From contig MHRK01000019.1 in assembly GCA_001820955.1 (NCBI GenBank), positions 1 through 54,594 of the forward strand: 54,594 bases of DNA, read 5' to 3'. Below, in pieces: positions 52,003 to 54,594 of the stretch. Within the stretch, counting starts at the first letter, position 1. Each line of letters begins with the position of its first letter. The position numbers and the translations under genes were made by a program. The DNA is from Candidatus Taylorbacteria bacterium RIFCSPHIGHO2_02_FULL_43_32b (lineage in GTDB: Bacteria > Patescibacteriota > Minisyncoccia > Phycocordibacterales > 2-02-FULL-43-11). Below the pieces are notes generated by a model. The model was not told where the DNA came from. It saw only the letters and a list, made by a program, of their open reading frames with translations, and did not search any database.

Positions 52003-53067
52003 CTATTTTGCGATTTGAAATTCGAGAACTTCGCCGACTCCCGGCGGCTCAACTGTCCAATCCCCAACTTTATAAAACGGGGGGATGGTGAAAGGTTTAC
52101 GAACGAGAATTACGTTTCGTGATGACCTTGGAAGTTTATGCAGTGACCTCGCGTTTCTGCTCGTAAAGTTTATGTAAATCTCTATTCCCCGAGGCGTTAA
52201 GAAGAGATGGCTAAGCGCGTGTGCGTAAAGAAGGTGGAGGAAGGGGGCGGTGTAATCGCCACATGAGCACTTTCCCTTGTGGGCATGCTTGTTTTCGACA
52301 TCGTGCGGTGCCGCATCCGAGCCGGCCATCACCCAGTAATGGTTTTCTCCAATCAGGCTGATGAGCTGGAGCCGATCGAGGTCGGTTTTAATGGGAGGTT
52401 TGCATTTTTTTCGAACATCTCCAAATGCCGAGTCTTCGTCCCAAGCCAAGTGATGGGCAGTTAACGTGAGATAGAATCTGCCGGGAAAGTCGTTGGCAAA
52501 TTTTTTCCACGCCCTTACGCATCTGCCGTCAGATCCGTGTTCCCATACGATGATGGCCTTTGTCGATTCAAGGAAGATTTCTGCTATGGGAAGACAAAGG
52601 TATTCGGCATCGCGGTTTGGGTGGACAGAATTCGGATGTTCGAAATGTGCGTGAACTTTGATACCAAGCTCTCCACACCAGCGAACGATCGGTATCATAT
52701 TCGAGTAACAGTGGACTCCGTGCGCCGATTTCGTTGTGCGCATATAGGGATAAATTTTGCCGTCCCTAATGCCTGTCGCCACACATTTTTCGAGTTCTGC
52801 CCGTGTCGTACACTCTGTCAACATCACAAAAGGTATGAATGACATGGGCTTCAACGGATTCACGAATGTTTTTGCTGAATTTATATACCAGCTTACTTCC
52901 TGCTCTGTTATGCGCGGGCTATTGGTGTTTGGTTGGGGACCTATAACGTCCGATCCTCCATCATAACAATCTCTGACCACATCTGACATTACCCATCCGA
53001 TTTCACGCAAATGAACGTGCGGGTCAGCTATTGCTTCAGCCGTGTATTGTTCTTCGCTTTGATTCAT
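52003..53067 (-). CDS. pyrC: Dihydroorotase, E. coli-like class II
   Basis: Aligns by eye with E. coli PyrC landmarks: DPHVHLRE (DDWHLHLRD), GKIYP (AAKLYP), VHAHFE (LVHGE), WEHGS (FEHIT), AGSDAAPH (GTDSAPH), CSCG. Confidence 0.75.
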   Translation of the reverse strand: MNQSEEQYTAEAIADPHVHLREIGWVMSDVVRDCYDGGSDVIGPQPNTNSPRITEQEVSWYINSAKTFVNPLKPMSFIPFVMLTECTTRAELEKCVATGIRDGKIYPYMRTTKSAHGVHCYSNMIPIVRWCGELGIKVHAHFEHPNSVHPNRDAEYLCLPIAEIFLESTKAIIVWEHGSDGRCVRAWKKFANDFPGRFYLTLTAHHLAWDEDSAFGDVRKKCKPPIKTDLDRLQLISLIGENHYWVMAGSDAAPHDVENKHAHKGKCSCGDYTAPFLHLLYAHALSHLFLTPRGIEIYINFTSRNARSLHKLPRSSRNVILVRKPFTIPPFYKVGDWTVEPPGVGEVLEFQIAK

Positions 53068-53227
53068 AAAGGGCTATCCTTCGTTTGTGTTTGTTTTTCC
53101 GCTTTTCGCATTCTACATAAGTAAGGTAAACAAGCAAGAGTATTTAAGAGAAAATTTTGGCGTGTTCTACTTTTCAAAACGAGTTATAATGAAGTTGTCT
53201 TTTGGTAATACAATCAATAAATAATTT

Positions 53228-54403
53228 ATGACTCAGAAATATGAAAATCCCGATATGTCCCCGGTTCAAATACTGGAATCAGTTTTGCAAAATGCTATAG
53301 CGAGTCGAGCGAGCGATATCCACCTCGACCCTTCGAGAGAGGCGCTTGAAGTCAGGTTTCGGGTTGATGGGGTGCTGTATAAATTTGGCAGTGTTCCCAC
53401 TCATTACAGCGAAGCTATTATTTCGAGAATAAAAGTTTTGGCGCAGATGGATATTGGGGAAAAAAGATTTCCCCAGGACGGGCATTTTGAATTTGATATA
53501 GACGGCAAACTGCACAATTTTCGCGTATCTACTGTGCCCTCAATGCACGGTTTGGCCGTGGTGCTTCGGGCGTTAAAGAAGGGTGATATTTTTTCTGATT
53601 TAAATCAGTTGGGTATGGACGCGGAACAGGCGGAGATCTCAAAAGGGATTATCGAGAGTCCTCACGGCATGGTTTTGATTAGCGGGCCAACAGGATCGGG
53701 CAAGACGACTTTTTTATATTCTGTAATTGGGGCTATGAATAGAGTTCAAAAAAGCGTTGTCACTCTTGAGGATCCGGTGGAATTGGAAATGGATGGTGTG
53801 AGGCAAATGCAAATCAACGAGGCCATCGACCTTAGTTTTTCGAAAGCCGCCAAAGCGCTATTGCGCCAAAATCCGGATGTCATTATGATTGGTGAAATTC
53901 GCGATCCTGATACCGCCGCCATCGCTTTTAGAGCGGCGCTTTCGGGAATATTGGTTTTTTCAACTTTTCATACTTTTGATACTCCGGGACTCATTATTCG
54001 TTTGGTCGAAATGGGCATTCCTCGCTCCGTTGTTGCATACGGTTTGGCAGGCATGATTTCCACAAGGTTGGTCGGGAAAATTTGCAGTAATTGCGCCACA
54101 CCTTATGAACCGAGCGCTTTTGAAAGAAAATTAATAGGCGAAGCCGTGGGTGGCGCCCAGTTTATGAAGGGGAAAGGATGTGAGGTTTGTCGCAATAGCG
54201 GATTTATGGGAAGAACGGGTATTTTTGAAATTGTAAGGTTCGATGATGAGATAAAGTCAAAAATTATCGAGGATGTTTCCAGAACTTCGCTTCGAGAATT
54301 TTTCAGGAAGAAAATCAAGAAGAGTTTGAAAGAGTCGGCTGTGGATAAAGTGAGGCAGGGCATAACGACCGCGGAGGAAATTATACATATTGTGGATTAC
54401 TAA
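53228..54403 (+). CDS. GspE/PilB-family secretion ATPase, short form lacking the N-terminal domain
   Basis: Walker A SGPTGSGKTTFL, VIMIGEIRD, CSNC...CEVCRNSGFMGRTGIFE. Confidence 0.85.
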   Translation: MTQKYENPDMSPVQILESVLQNAIASRASDIHLDPSREALEVRFRVDGVLYKFGSVPTHYSEAIISRIKVLAQMDIGEKRFPQDGHFEFDIDGKLHNFRVSTVPSMHGLAVVLRALKKGDIFSDLNQLGMDAEQAEISKGIIESPHGMVLISGPTGSGKTTFLYSVIGAMNRVQKSVVTLEDPVELEMDGVRQMQINEAIDLSFSKAAKALLRQNPDVIMIGEIRDPDTAAIAFRAALSGILVFSTFHTFDTPGLIIRLVEMGIPRSVVAYGLAGMISTRLVGKICSNCATPYEPSAFERKLIGEAVGGAQFMKGKGCEVCRNSGFMGRTGIFEIVRFDDEIKSKIIEDVSRTSLREFFRKKIKKSLKESAVDKVRQGITTAEEIIHIVDY

Positions 54404-54427
54404 GAACCTATCCACGATCTAACCGCC

Positions 54428-54487
54428 TGCCTGTGCGTACCTGTCTGCCTGTCTCCGTATACGCACAGGTAGATACGCAGACAGGCA
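54428..54487. repeat. Composite GC hairpin, probable terminator
   Basis: CCTGTGCGTA (54430-54439) / TACGCACAGG (54460-54469) and TGCCTGTCT (54446-54454) / AGACAGGCA (54479-54487). Confidence 0.4.
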
Positions 54488-54594
54488 AAATATGGCTCAA
54501 AACCTCGCTTGCCTGCTAAAATCTCCAAATTTCTGCTGTAAATTGCGAATTTCTCGTCAGCGTATCTCGATATCCTTCCTCCAAATTCTCAATT

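Noticed and set aside
54428-54487. Pseudoknot-like arrangement (A-B-A'-B') of GC repeats after the last gene
   Set aside because: The same bases can be drawn as one long imperfect nested hairpin. The position right after a stop codon fits a terminator. Nothing indicates more than that.

Overview
This 54.6 kb window looks like a chromosomal segment from a small, AT-rich genome, with gene content typical of Candidate Phyla Radiation / Patescibacteria. All family assignments come from motif reading only. No HMM, BLAST or folding was run.

**Housekeeping backbone**
- The replication-origin neighbourhood is present: jag-yidC-rnpA-rpmH on the minus strand, and dnaA-dnaN-DUF721 on the plus strand, with consensus DnaA boxes.
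- Other recognised genes are uvrD/pcrA, rsmA, a class A PBP, tyrS, ruvC, yebC, ruvB, tsaE, polA, a holA-like gene, purD, pyrC and two GspE/PilB-type ATPases.
- I found no rRNA, no complete tRNA and no CRISPR array.

**Most system-like region**
- An 18.6 kb locus at about 5.8-24.4 kb looks like a Gram-positive-type type IV secretion system. All genes from 6206 onward are on the plus strand; one small gene (5789-6157) at the left edge is divergent.
- Its recognisable parts are a VirB6/TrbL-like polytopic protein, a PrgI/VirB3-like protein, a VirB4 ATPase, a T4SS-pilin-like protein and several large secreted or adhesin-like proteins.
- No relaxase or coupling protein is visible in the window.

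**Selfish and repeated elements**
- Two inteins are present: one in uvrD motif III, and one carrying a LAGLIDADG endonuclease in the VirB4 Walker A motif.
- A family of mini-cassettes bounded by inverted repeats sits at gene junctions. They carry two four-helix-bundle genes, a GxxExxY gene, a SET-domain gene or non-coding cargo.
- Solo arms and one empty arm pair of the same cassette family also occur.
- A dispersed GC-rich structured repeat occurs in about five copies.
- A family of 40-44 nt perfect palindromes shares a conserved core. Two of them flank a gene for a winged-helix plus Cas2-fold protein.
- Three compositionally GC-richer blocks are present.
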